Origin: Coriobacteriia bacterium | Lineage (GTDB): Bacteria > Actinomycetota > Coriobacteriia > Anaerosomatales > SLCP01 | Direction: 5' to 3' | Assembly: GCA_030603745.1 (NCBI GenBank) | Contig: JAUVXE010000002.1 | Span: 958 to 64,957 of the forward strand | Length of the DNA stretch: 64,000 bases | Shown: positions 7,942 to 17,116 of the stretch, one piece after another | Numbering within the stretch: position 1 is the first letter of the stretch | Layout: each line of letters begins with the position of its first letter | Notes under the pieces: model-generated | Told to the model about the DNA's origin: nothing | Seen by the model: only the letters and a program-made list of their open reading frames with translations | Database searches by the model: none | Program-made: the position numbers and the translations under genes

Positions 7942-10233
7942 TCAGCCCTCGCGGAGCTCCTCGGAAGCGAAGGTCTCCTCGGGGTGGACCTGCGCGGCGA
8001 GCGCGCCCTCGAACACCTCGCGCATCGCGCCGACCTCCGCGTCCACGCAGCCCTCGATGCGGAGCGAGTCGCCGCCCACCGTCCCCACGACGGCGAACGG
8101 GACGCCGTGGGCGAGCGCGATCTCGAAGAGGCGGTCCACGCCGGACTCGGCCACGGTCACCACGGCCCGGCCCTGCGTCTCGGCGAAGAGCGCCGCGACC
8201 GGCGGGAGGCCGGCGTCGTCCGGCGAGAGGTGCACGTCGGCGCCGATCCCGCCGGCGACGCACGACTCCGCGAGCGCGACGGCGAGCCCGCCCTCGGCGC
8301 AGTCGTGTGCGGAGCGCAGCAGCCCCTCGTCGATCGCGGTGAGCAGCACCTCGCGCAGCGCGGCCTCATGCTCGAGATCGACCCGCGGCGGCGCGCCGGC
8401 GACGGTGTCGAAGGCCACGCGCAGGTACTCGCTCCCCCCGAGCTCCGCCGCGGTCTCGCCGAGGAGGACCACCACGTCGCCGGCGTCCTTGAAGGCGAGC
8501 GTCGTGTGCTTGGAGACGTCGTCGAGGATGCCCACGAGCCCGACGGTGGGCGTGGGATAGATCGGCTGCCCGAACGACTCGTTGTAGAAGGAGACGTTGC
8601 CGGAGATGACCGGTACCTCCCACGCGCGGCAGGCATCCGCCATCCCGCGGATCGCCTCACGGAACGTCCAGAAGACCTCGGGCTTCTCGGGGGAGCCGAA
8701 GTTGAGGCAGTCGGTGATCGCCGCCGGACGGCCACCGGAGCAGGCGACGTTGCGGGCCGCCTCGGCCACGGCGATCTGCGCGCCCACGTACGGATCGAGG
8801 TAGACGTAGCGGCCGTTGCAGTCGCTCGACGCGGCGATGCCGCGATCGGTGACCTCGCCACGGCCCGGCAGCCCGATCCGCAGCACCGCTGCGTCGGAAC
8901 CCGGCAGCACCACGGTGCCCTGCATCACCTGGTGGTCGTACTGCTCCCAGATCCAGCGGCGTGAGCAGATGTTCGCGCTCGCCAGGAGGTCGAACAGCGT
9001 CGCCGTGAGCATCTCGGCGTCGTCTGGGTGGTCGAGCTCTGTGAGCGGGTCGAACGCCTGCAGCTCGTCGAGGTAGGCCGGACGCTCGGCGACCGGGTCG
9101 TAGATCGGCGCGTCGTGCGCGAGCGTCGCGGCGGGCATGTCGCCCACGACCTCGTCGCCCTCGCGGATGACGAACCGGCCCGTGTCCGTCACCTGGCCGA
9201 TCACCGTGGCGGGGAGCCCCCACCGTTCGCACACGTCCTGGACCTCGCCGAGCAGCTCCGGCGTCACCACCGCGAGCATCCGCTCTTGGGACTCCGAGAC
9301 CATGATCTCGAACGGCCTCATGGCGTCCTCGCGCTGCGGCACGAGGGTCACGTCGATCTCGAGGCCCACTCCCCCGCGCGACGCCATCTCGCTCGCACTC
9401 GAGGTGAGGCCGGCCGCGCCGAGGTCGCCGAGGGCGACGAGCAGGTCGCCCTCGAGCAGCTCGAGGCACGCCTCGATGAGCAGTTTCTCGGTGAACGGGT
9501 CGCCCACCTGCACGCTCGGACGCTTCTCCTCGGCCTTCTCGTCGAACTCCTGACTCGCGAGCACGCTCGCCCCGCCGATGCCGTCGCGACCGGTGGTCGA
9601 GCCGATCAGCACGAGCAGGTTGCCCGGCCCGGCCGCGACCGCGCGCATGAGGTCTTCCTCGCGCATGAGGCCGATCGCCATGGCGTTGATGAGGCAGTTG
9701 CCCTCGTAGGCGTCCTCGAAGTAGACCTCGCCGCCCACGGTGGGCACGCCGAGGCAGTTCCCGTACCCGCCGATCCCCGCGACCGCGCCCTCGAACAGGT
9801 AGCGCTGGCGCGGCTTGTCGAGCGTCCCGAACCTCAGCGAGTCGAGGATCGCGATAGGACGCGCGCCCATCGTGAAGATGTCGCGGATGATGCCGCCCAC
9901 GCCGGTCGCCGCGCCCTGGTAGGGCTCGATGGCCGAGGGGTGGTTGTGCGACTCCATCTTGAACGCGACCGCCCAGCCCTCCCCCACGGAGATGACGCCG
10001 GCGTTCTCGCCCGGTCCCTGCAGTACCGCCGGCCCCTCGGTGGGAAACATCCGCAGCGCCTTGCGCGAGTGCTTATAGGAACAGTGCTCGCTCCACATGA
10101 GCGAGTACATGTAGAGCTCCGTCACCGTGGGCGTCCTGCCGAGGATCTCGACGACGTGCTCGTACTCGGCGGGCTTGAGGCCGAGCTCCTCGGCGAGGCG
10201 GGGCGCGAGCTCGGGCGATAGGTCGGCACGCAT
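7942..10233 (-). CDS. purL: phosphoribosylformylglycinamidine synthase subunit PurL (FGAM synthase II)
   Basis: 763 aa. LGLKPAEYEHV...MWSEHCSYKHS...ESHNHPSAIEPYQGAATGVGG matches the small-type PurL of the PurLQS system. Confidence 0.95.
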   Translation of the reverse strand: MRADLSPELAPRLAEELGLKPAEYEHVVEILGRTPTVTELYMYSLMWSEHCSYKHSRKALRMFPTEGPAVLQGPGENAGVISVGEGWAVAFKMESHNHPSAIEPYQGAATGVGGIIRDIFTMGARPIAILDSLRFGTLDKPRQRYLFEGAVAGIGGYGNCLGVPTVGGEVYFEDAYEGNCLINAMAIGLMREEDLMRAVAAGPGNLLVLIGSTTGRDGIGGASVLASQEFDEKAEEKRPSVQVGDPFTEKLLIEACLELLEGDLLVALGDLGAAGLTSSASEMASRGGVGLEIDVTLVPQREDAMRPFEIMVSESQERMLAVVTPELLGEVQDVCERWGLPATVIGQVTDTGRFVIREGDEVVGDMPAATLAHDAPIYDPVAERPAYLDELQAFDPLTELDHPDDAEMLTATLFDLLASANICSRRWIWEQYDHQVMQGTVVLPGSDAAVLRIGLPGRGEVTDRGIAASSDCNGRYVYLDPYVGAQIAVAEAARNVACSGGRPAAITDCLNFGSPEKPEVFWTFREAIRGMADACRAWEVPVISGNVSFYNESFGQPIYPTPTVGLVGILDDVSKHTTLAFKDAGDVVVLLGETAAELGGSEYLRVAFDTVAGAPPRVDLEHEAALREVLLTAIDEGLLRSAHDCAEGGLAVALAESCVAGGIGADVHLSPDDAGLPPVAALFAETQGRAVVTVAESGVDRLFEIALAHGVPFAVVGTVGGDSLRIEGCVDAEVGAMREVFEGALAAQVHPEETFASEELREG

Positions 10234-10363
10234 GTGGTGTTGATCCTCCCGGCGGTCGGGTCGCGGTCTGTGGTGGTGCGTGTGACGCGGTCGCGCGAGG
10301 CGACAGGAGCATTGTAGCCGAGGGGGGCGAGGCGTGCGCTTCCCGGAACCGGCCCGGGCGGCC

Positions 10364-10777
10364 TCAGCCCTCGGCGGTCACGAGGTATACGCCAGGGTAC
10401 GCACCATGTGCGCGCTCGTCGGCGCTCGCGAGCGTCGCGCCGAACAGCGACGCGCACGCCGGCGCGAGCGCGTCGTAGAACGAGCAGCCGAGCGCCTCAC
10501 ACTGGCGCGCCGCCTCGGTCACGACCTCGTCGGTGAGCGGGAGGAGCGCGGTGCCGGACGCGATGATCCGCTCCCAGGCGGGAACGACATCGCGTGGGGC
10601 GTAGTACCGGGCGACGACGGCGAGCACCTCGTGGACGAAGTGTGAAGGCGCCGCAAGCGCCACCTCACCGGCGGCCGCGCGCGCCTGCAACTCGAGCGCG
10701 CGCTCCCGCCCCGCCTCGGGCTTGAACCACTTCACGCCGACCGAGGCGTCGAGTACGAACAGCGGCCGCGCACTCAC
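10364..10777 (-). CDS. vapC: PIN-domain toxin (VapC family)
   Basis: 137 aa. N-terminal LFVLDASVGVKWF carries the first acidic PIN residue. The size and the 4-nt overlap with the upstream RHH gene are typical of vapBC. Confidence 0.8.
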   Translation of the reverse strand: MSARPLFVLDASVGVKWFKPEAGRERALELQARAAAGEVALAAPSHFVHEVLAVVARYYAPRDVVPAWERIIASGTALLPLTDEVVTEAARQCEALGCSFYDALAPACASLFGATLASADERAHGAYPGVYLVTAEG

Positions 10778-11082
10778 CTGCGCCCCTTACGGACGTCGCG
10801 CACTGGTGCGCCGTCGTGCGTCTCGCGCACCTCGCGAAGGATGTCGAGCGAAGCCCGGTCGTCGCGAATCTCCCGCCCCACGGGGAACGTCCGCATCCCC
10901 TCGAGCGCCTCGAGCATCCGCGCGCGCCGCGCCTCCTCGGCACGCTGCTCCCGCGTCTTGCCGAGGTATGCGGCGAGCGACTCCTGGACGACCTCGCTGC
11001 GCGACACGCCGTGCTCCCCGGCCTCGGCGGCGAGGCGCTCGAAGAGCTCATCGGGAAGCGAGATGGTGATCTTGGCCGTCAC
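10774..11082 (-). CDS. vapB: ribbon-helix-helix antitoxin (CopG/VapB type)
   Basis: MTAKITISLPDELFERLAAEAGEHGVSRSEVVQESL is a classic RHH N-terminus. The gene overlaps the vapC start. Confidence 0.8.
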   Translation of the reverse strand: MTAKITISLPDELFERLAAEAGEHGVSRSEVVQESLAAYLGKTREQRAEEARRARMLEALEGMRTFPVGREIRDDRASLDILREVRETHDGAPVRDVRKGRR

Positions 11083-11172
11083 CGCTAAGACCCTCCTCGG
11101 CGGTCACACCGTGCGGTCATACCCATGGTACGACCAGGTTCCCGACGCGTCAATCGAACGGTGCCCGCCCGG

Positions 11173-11475
11173 TTACGGGGTGGCCGGGAAGACGACCCTG
11201 AGCAGGTAGACGATGGTGTAGGCGATGAGCATCGGCAGCGCGCCGACGGCGACGAAGTGCAGCGCCACGGTGCCCGGGGCGATGAAGCCCACGACCATCG
11301 CGAGCAGGAGCAGCACCGGGAAGACCATCCAAGGCGCGCGTCCGAGGCGTCCGTAGGCGCTCTGCGGGCGGCGCGCCGCGTCGACGGCGAGCACCGCGCA
11401 GGCGACCGGCACGCCGTAACGCACAAGGAAGCCGCCGATGAGCGCGAAGGGCGTGAGCGTCACGCTGTCGTGCAC
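11173..11475 (-). CDS. hypothetical small membrane protein (3 TM)
   Basis: 100-aa hydrophobic ORF. Its GTG start (11475..11473) overlaps the purQ stop (11477..11475), which suggests translational coupling. Confidence 0.55.
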   Translation of the reverse strand: MHDSVTLTPFALIGGFLVRYGVPVACAVLAVDAARRPQSAYGRLGRAPWMVFPVLLLLAMVVGFIAPGTVALHFVAVGALPMLIAYTIVYLLRVVFPATP

Positions 11476-12173
11476 TAGCCCGCCACCTCGGCCAGGCGCT
11501 TCGCGATCGCGGTGAAGAACGGTGCGCCGTCAGTCGTGCCGGTGAGCGGATCGACGGCGCGCTCGGGGTGCGGCATGAGGCCGAACACGTTGCCGCGCTC
11601 GTTGCAGATGCCCGCGATGTCGTCCACCGCGCCGTTGGGGGCGTTTCCAGCGGCCGCGCGGGAGCCGTCCGGCTCGCAGTAGCGGAGCACGATCTGCCCT
11701 CCGGCCTGCAGGCGCGCCAGAGTCTCGGCATCGCAGTAGTAGTTGCCCTCGTTGTGGTTCACGGGAATGTCGACCACGGCGCCCTCGGGCAGGTCGAGCC
11801 ACTCGCACGCCGAACGCTCGACGCGCAGCGGCTGCCCGTGGCAGATGAACTTGAGTCCCGAGTTGCGCAGCAGCGCCCCCGGAAGCAGGTGGGCCTCGGT
11901 GAGGATCTGGAAGCCGTTGCAGATGCCCATGACCGGTCCGCCGCGCTCGGCGAAGCGGACCACCTCGGCCATGATCGGGCTGAAGCGGGCGACCGCTCCA
12001 CAGCGGATGTAGTCGCCGTAGGAGAACCCTCCGGGCAGGATGACCGCGTCGACGTGCCCGAGGTCGGTGTCACCGTGCCAGATGTAGGAGGTCTCGAAGC
12101 CGAGGTGGTTCGCCGCGTGCACGACGTCCTGCTCGCAGTTCGAGCCGGGGAAGACCACGACACCGAAGCGCAT
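11475..12173 (-). CDS. purQ: phosphoribosylformylglycinamidine synthase glutaminase subunit
   Basis: MRFGVVVFPGSNCEQD...LPGGFSYGDY...GICNGFQIL...MPHPER show the class I glutamine amidotransferase triad context of PurQ. Confidence 0.95.
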   Translation of the reverse strand: MRFGVVVFPGSNCEQDVVHAANHLGFETSYIWHGDTDLGHVDAVILPGGFSYGDYIRCGAVARFSPIMAEVVRFAERGGPVMGICNGFQILTEAHLLPGALLRNSGLKFICHGQPLRVERSACEWLDLPEGAVVDIPVNHNEGNYYCDAETLARLQAGGQIVLRYCEPDGSRAAAGNAPNGAVDDIAGICNERGNVFGLMPHPERAVDPLTGTTDGAPFFTAIAKRLAEVAG

Positions 12174-12176
12174 CTG

Positions 12177-12413
12177 CTACGCCTCCCCCTCGGCCACGAT
12201 CCGGAAGTCCTCGATCACGGGGTTGGCGAGCAGGCGCTCGCACATCTCGTGCACGGTGGCGAGGTCGGCGTCGGCCTCGATCTGGATGTACTTGCCGATC
12301 TTGACGCTCTCGATCCCCTCGTAGCCGAGGTTGGCGAGCGCGCGCTCGGCGGTCGCTCCCGGAGGATCGAAGATGCCCTGCTTGTACGTGACGTACACCT
12401 CGTAGCGTGCCAT
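12177..12413 (-). CDS. purS: phosphoribosylformylglycinamidine synthase subunit PurS
   Basis: 78 aa. VYVTYKQGIFDPPG...ERAL..LGY is PurS-like, and the gene lies immediately upstream of purQ. Confidence 0.9.
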   Translation of the reverse strand: MARYEVYVTYKQGIFDPPGATAERALANLGYEGIESVKIGKYIQIEADADLATVHEMCERLLANPVIEDFRIVAEGEA

Positions 12414-12431
12414 CGCGGCCCAGCCCCTCTC

Positions 12432-12893
12432 CTACGCGTCCTTGTCCGACGCGGTGCTCGTCTTCTTGGTCGTGCCGCCCGCGGACTTGCCACCCGCGGC
12501 CTTCGCCGCCTGGTCCTCGGCGATCGCCTTCTTGCGCATCGGGCGCATCTTGGCGAAGTCGATGTAGAGCGAGACGAAGATGCAGCCGTAGGCCCCGGCG
12601 AGCGCGATCGCGCCGGGCATCGTGTCCCGCTGCCACCAGGCCACGAGCGAGAGCACCACCGCCGAGGCGAGCACGATCATCCAGATCTTGCGCCAGCGGC
12701 GGAACTCGGGCGAGACGGGCACCGGCGCCAGCAGCGACGGTCGCGATTTCTTCTTGCCCTTGCCCGAGGAGCTCGCCGAGGCGGCCGTGTCGCCGACCGC
12801 GCGCTTGGGCTTGGCCGAGGCGGCCGAGCGGCGGGTCTTCCCGACCTCGGCGCCCTTCTGGTAGCGCGGGTTCTGGGCGCTCCTGCGTGCCAT
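12432..12893 (-). CDS. hypothetical membrane protein with Lys/Arg-rich tails (possibly DUF3043-like)
   Basis: 153 aa with basic, low-complexity N- and C-termini flanking two TM helices. It sits between purC and purS. The family assignment is from memory only. Confidence 0.55.
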   Translation of the reverse strand: MARRSAQNPRYQKGAEVGKTRRSAASAKPKRAVGDTAASASSSGKGKKKSRPSLLAPVPVSPEFRRWRKIWMIVLASAVVLSLVAWWQRDTMPGAIALAGAYGCIFVSLYIDFAKMRPMRKKAIAEDQAAKAAGGKSAGGTTKKTSTASDKDA

Positions 12894-12896
12894 GGG

Positions 12897-13787
12897 CTAC
12901 GCCGCCCCTTCCGGCTCGAAGGTGCGGCCCGTGATCATCTCGTAGGCCTGGATGTACTTCGCGCTCGTGGCCTGGACGATCTCATCGGGCAGCGCGGGCG
13001 GCGGCGGGGTCTTGTCCCAGCCGCTGTCCTCGAGCCAGTCGCGTACGAACTGCTTGTCGAAGCTCGCCTGGCCGCGGCCGGCGGCGTAGTCCTCGGCGGG
13101 CCAGAAGCGGCTCGAGTCCGGGGTCAGCACCTCGTCGATGAGCGTGATCCGGCCGTCGACCAGGCCGAACTCGAACTTGGTGTCCGCGATGATGATCCCC
13201 CGGCCGGCGGCGTGCTCGCGGGCGCGGGCGTAGACCTCGACCGAGACGCGGCGCAGCTCCTCGGCGGCCTCCTGGCCCACGAGCTCGACCATCCGCTCGA
13301 AGCTGATGTTCTCGTCGTGCTCGCCGATCTCGGCCTTGGTCGAGGGCGTGAAGATCGGGTCGTCGAGGCGGTCGGACTCGCGCAGGCCACCGGGAAGCTC
13401 GATCCCGCAGACCGTGCCGGCCTCGCGGTACTCTTTCCAGCCGCTGCCCGCGAGATAGCCCCGCACGATGCACTCCACAGGGAACACCTCGGCTTTGCGC
13501 ACGATCATCGAGCGGCCTCGGAGGTAGTCCGCGTGCGGCGCGAACTCCTCGGGCAGCTCGGAGAGGTCCGTCGTCAGGAAGTGGTTCGGCACGACATCGC
13601 CGAGGAGCTCGAACCAGAACAGCGAGAGCTTCGTGAGCACCTCACCCTTGAAGGGGATCGGGTCGGGCAGCACGATGTCGAACGCGCTGATCCGGTCGCT
13701 CGCCACGAGCAGCAAACGGTCGCCGAGGTCGTAGAGGTCTCGTACCTTGCCCTGGGAGTCGGGGCGAAGGCCCTGCGGCTGCGTCAT
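12897..13787 (-). CDS. purC: phosphoribosylaminoimidazole-succinocarboxamide synthase
   Basis: From the internal ATG at 13787: [37 protein letters not shown]...ADTKFEFG is the PurC signature. The 47-codon upstream extension in the ORF track is Pro/Arg-rich and was rejected. Confidence 0.93.
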   Translation of the reverse strand: MTQPQGLRPDSQGKVRDLYDLGDRLLLVASDRISAFDIVLPDPIPFKGEVLTKLSLFWFELLGDVVPNHFLTTDLSELPEEFAPHADYLRGRSMIVRKAEVFPVECIVRGYLAGSGWKEYREAGTVCGIELPGGLRESDRLDDPIFTPSTKAEIGEHDENISFERMVELVGQEAAEELRRVSVEVYARAREHAAGRGIIIADTKFEFGLVDGRITLIDEVLTPDSSRFWPAEDYAAGRGQASFDKQFVRDWLEDSGWDKTPPPPALPDEIVQATSAKYIQAYEMITGRTFEPEGAA

Positions 13788-13909
13788 CGCAGTCGTCCTT
13801 TCGGGTCTTCGGGGACGGTCGGGCCGCGGCCGGGGTTCGAGTGGTGCGACGGGGCGCGGCGTTCCCGCACATTGTAGGGGAAACCGGGGATGCGGTGTAG
13901 GTCGCCCCC

Positions 13910-14140
13910 TCAGCCGCCGATCGTCCACTGGTAGGCGACCACGAGCGCGAGGAAGCCGTGCGCGACCGCGAGCGCCGTGAGCGCGTAGGCGAGTCGGCGA
14001 TGCACCTTCTGGTGGGTCCTGCCCTTGAAGCGGATCACCCGCTTGCCCACGAGCATCTGGAGCGCGAGGACCGCCAGCGCGAGCAGGCCCGTGGAGATCA
14101 GGTGTTGGAGCGTGACCCGCATCCCGAAGAGCATCGGCAC
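13910..14140 (-). CDS. hypothetical small membrane protein (2 TM)
   Basis: 76-aa ORF with two hydrophobic helices separated by a basic loop ([17 protein letters not shown]). It does not overlap the corrected purC. Confidence 0.45.
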   Translation of the reverse strand: MPMLFGMRVTLQHLISTGLLALAVLALQMLVGKRVIRFKGRTHQKVHRRLAYALTALAVAHGFLALVVAYQWTIGG

Positions 14141-14196
14141 CCCTTCAGCCGTCCGGTCTTCATCCTGCGTGATGGATACCCGTCACGCCGCGCGCA

Positions 14197-15165
14197 TCAC
14201 GCGAGCACGCCCGGGCCGCCCGCGTAGAGCAGCCCCACGTACGCGACGTATCCGACGAGGAAGAGCGCTCCGGCGACCCGTCCGATCCGTCCCCGCCACA
14301 GCAGCAGGGGCACGAGCAGCGCCGAGGAGGCGAGCATCACCCACACGTCGAACGACGCGATCCCCGCGCTCACCGGCAGCGGCTGCACGATCGCCGTGAT
14401 GCCGATGATCGAGAGCACGTTGAAGAGGTTGCTGCCGACCACGTTGCCCACCGCGACGTCGGCGTGTCCCCGCACCGCGGCCATCACGGAGGTGGCGAGC
14501 TCGGGCAGCGAGGTGCCGATCGCCACCAGCGTGAGGCCGATGACCGCCTCGGGCACTCCGAACGTCCGCGCAATCTCCTCGGCGCCGTTGACGAGCAGCC
14601 GTGAGCCCACCACGAGCGCGGCGAGCCCCACCGCGAGCTCGACGAACCCGAGCCAGAGCCGCTTCGTCACGCCGGCGAACTCATCGGCCTCGTGCTCGTG
14701 CAGCTCCGCCGAGGGCGCGTGACCGTCGGCCTCGGTCCAGTACGAGTACCAGACGTAGGCGACGAGCGCGCCCACCATGAGCGCGCCGTGCCACCTCTCC
14801 ACCACGCCGAAGAGGGAGAGCCCGGTGAGCAGCGCGATCGAGGCGAGCATCACCCAGGTGTCGCGGCGGACCTCGGCGGGCTTGACCGCGATGGGGAGGA
14901 TGAGGGCCGACGCGCCGAGGATGAGCAGCACGTTGGCGATGTTGCTGCCGACCACGTTGCCCATGGCGATGTCGACCTGGCCGCGCCCCGCCGCCTCGAG
15001 ACTCACGAGGAGCTCGGGTGCCGACGTGCAGAACGCGACGATCGTCATGCCGATGAGCAGCGGCGAGACCCCCATGCGGCGCGAGACCGTGACCGCGCCG
15101 CGCACGAGCCACTCGCCTCCCGCGAACAGCAGCACGAACCCTCCGAGGGCGAACAGATACATCAT
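14197..15165 (-). CDS. calcium/sodium antiporter (CaCA family, YrbG-like)
   Basis: Two alpha-repeat motifs (GNVVGSNIANVLLILG and GNVVGSNLFNVLSIIG) and about 10 TM segments. It is a paralog of 39662..40609. Confidence 0.9.
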   Translation of the reverse strand: MMYLFALGGFVLLFAGGEWLVRGAVTVSRRMGVSPLLIGMTIVAFCTSAPELLVSLEAAGRGQVDIAMGNVVGSNIANVLLILGASALILPIAVKPAEVRRDTWVMLASIALLTGLSLFGVVERWHGALMVGALVAYVWYSYWTEADGHAPSAELHEHEADEFAGVTKRLWLGFVELAVGLAALVVGSRLLVNGAEEIARTFGVPEAVIGLTLVAIGTSLPELATSVMAAVRGHADVAVGNVVGSNLFNVLSIIGITAIVQPLPVSAGIASFDVWVMLASSALLVPLLLWRGRIGRVAGALFLVGYVAYVGLLYAGGPGVLA

Positions 15166-15290
15166 GGCGCGGGACGTTCCTTCCGGCAGGGGTATGAACA
15201 GCGCACAAGTCTACCGCATCGGCCGGGAACGTTCCGGGCGTACGGCGCGTCAGATACGACAGGACCGCGAGACGTGGAGGGAGGGCCCCG

Positions 15291-15677
15291 GTGTCGAAGC
15301 ATGTGCCGACCGTGGTGATGGTGGCGGTGAGCGCGCTGATCATCGGCGTGATGATCATCGCCTGCACCTCCGCTCCCCCCGCCGAGCCGTCGATCCGGGG
15401 GTTCACCAGCTCCGTCACGCGCACGGGCGCCGACTCCGCCGAACGCGTGTCGATGCTCGTGACCGGGACGTCCGCTGACGGGCTCGAGTACGACCTCGCC
15501 GTGGTCACCGCCGACGATTCGACCCAGGTCGTGCTCGGTGACGACGGACGGGGATCGCTCGACGACCTGGTCGACGGCCTGCTGGTCGAGGTCTGGTTCG
15601 AGGGTCCGGTGGCCGAGTCCTATCCGGTGCAGGCGACCGCCGGCGAGATCCGCGTCCTGAGCCGGGGTCCCGAGTAG
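15291..15677 (+). CDS. small secreted lipoprotein, unknown function
   Basis: Signal peptide with lipobox IIAC, then a beta-rich 100-aa domain ending VQATAGEIRVL. The family is not securely recognised. Confidence 0.55.
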   Translation: MSKHVPTVVMVAVSALIIGVMIIACTSAPPAEPSIRGFTSSVTRTGADSAERVSMLVTGTSADGLEYDLAVVTADDSTQVVLGDDGRGSLDDLVDGLLVEVWFEGPVAESYPVQATAGEIRVLSRGPE

Positions 15678-15697
15678 CACGCGACCCGCACCGCCGG

Positions 15698-17116
15698 TCA
15701 GCCGATCAACGGGAGCCGCAGGGCGAACGTGGTGCCCGCCCCCTCGCGCCGCTCGACCGCGACCGAGCCGTCGTGGCGCTCGACGATCTCGCGCACCACC
15801 GCCAGCCCGATGCCCATGCCGCCGGTGGAGCTCTCCCGCGCGCTGTCCGCGCGCCAGAAGCGGGCGAACACGCGCTCCTCGTCCTCCTCGGCGATCCCGA
15901 CGCCGGTGTCGGACACGCGCAGGACCGCGCGGCCGTCCTCGGCCACGAGCGAGACCTCCACACTGCCGCCCTCGGGCGTGTAGCGCGCGGCGTTGGAGAG
16001 CAGGTTGCCCACGGCCTGGGTCAGACGGTCGGCGTCGCCGCAGACGACGAGTCCCGGCGTGAGACGCTCGCGCAGCGCAAGCCCGCTCGACTCGATGAGC
16101 ACCCGGTGGGCGTCGAGCGCCGCGCGCACGGGGGCGTCGAGCGCCATCTCCTCGCGCGCCATCGGCACCGCGCCGCGCTCGAGCCGCGTGAGCTCGAGGA
16201 TGCCGTCGGCGAGGCGGCCGAGGCGGACCGTCTCGTCACGCACGATCGCGAGCCGCTCGTCGTCGGCGGGCAGCACGCCGTCTTGCATCGCCTCGACGGT
16301 CGCCTGGATGGCCTGGAGCGGCGTGCGCAGCTCGTGCGCGACGTCGGCGGTCAGGCGCCGCTCCATCTCGCGGTCGGCCTCGATCGCGTCGGCCATCTCG
16401 TCGAAGGTCCTGCCGAGGATCCCGATCGAGTCATCGCCTACCAGCCGGGTGCGGGCGGTGCGGTCGCCTTCCGAGAGCGCCGAGGCGGTCTCGGTGATGC
16501 GGTCGATGGGGCGGGCCAGCCCGGCCGCGAACGCAAGCCCTGCGAGCGAGGCGAACGTCACCGCCACGAGGGCGGCGGCGGAGAGCCCGATGAAACTCGA
16601 GCGCTGGAAGCGCAGGTCGCTCTCGGCGAGGATCCCCTCGGAGGAGAGCTGCCACACGCGCACCACGCCCACGACCTCGCCCTCGCTCACCACCGAGGCG
16701 GTCGCGACGGGACCGGTGGGCTCGCTCACCCCGCTCGGCAGCAGACCCATCATGCCGTGGGCGAACCCGCCCATGACCGAGTCGTCGTAGATGACGTCGC
16801 CCTGGGCGTCGAGCACCTGCAGCCCGAGACCGCTCATGATGCCGAACCGTGGCATCTGGGCGAACGCCTGCAGCGTCCAGCCGCCCCACTCGTCGTGGGA
16901 ACGCGAGAGGAGCTGCGCGGCGCCGTTGGCGGTGTCCTGCAGACCCTGGCGCACGTAGGCGTCGAACTGAGCCGCCCACACCACCGAGAGGATGACCGCC
17001 GCCAGGCCCGCCGTGAGGAGCGCGACCGCCGCGAACGCGACCGCGATACGCACGGTGAGACGGCCCCAGGCGAGCCGGAACCGCCGGGCGAGCGGGATGG
17101 CGGCGGCCGGGGACAC
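15698..17116 (-). CDS. two-component sensor histidine kinase (2 TM, HAMP, HisKA, HATPase_c)
   Basis: H-box ADVAHELRTPL, N-box LLSNAARYTP, G-boxes DTGVGI and GGMGIGL. There is a periplasmic loop between two TM helices. Confidence 0.92.
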   Translation of the reverse strand: MSPAAAIPLARRFRLAWGRLTVRIAVAFAAVALLTAGLAAVILSVVWAAQFDAYVRQGLQDTANGAAQLLSRSHDEWGGWTLQAFAQMPRFGIMSGLGLQVLDAQGDVIYDDSVMGGFAHGMMGLLPSGVSEPTGPVATASVVSEGEVVGVVRVWQLSSEGILAESDLRFQRSSFIGLSAAALVAVTFASLAGLAFAAGLARPIDRITETASALSEGDRTARTRLVGDDSIGILGRTFDEMADAIEADREMERRLTADVAHELRTPLQAIQATVEAMQDGVLPADDERLAIVRDETVRLGRLADGILELTRLERGAVPMAREEMALDAPVRAALDAHRVLIESSGLALRERLTPGLVVCGDADRLTQAVGNLLSNAARYTPEGGSVEVSLVAEDGRAVLRVSDTGVGIAEEDEERVFARFWRADSARESSTGGMGIGLAVVREIVERHDGSVAVERREGAGTTFALRLPLIG

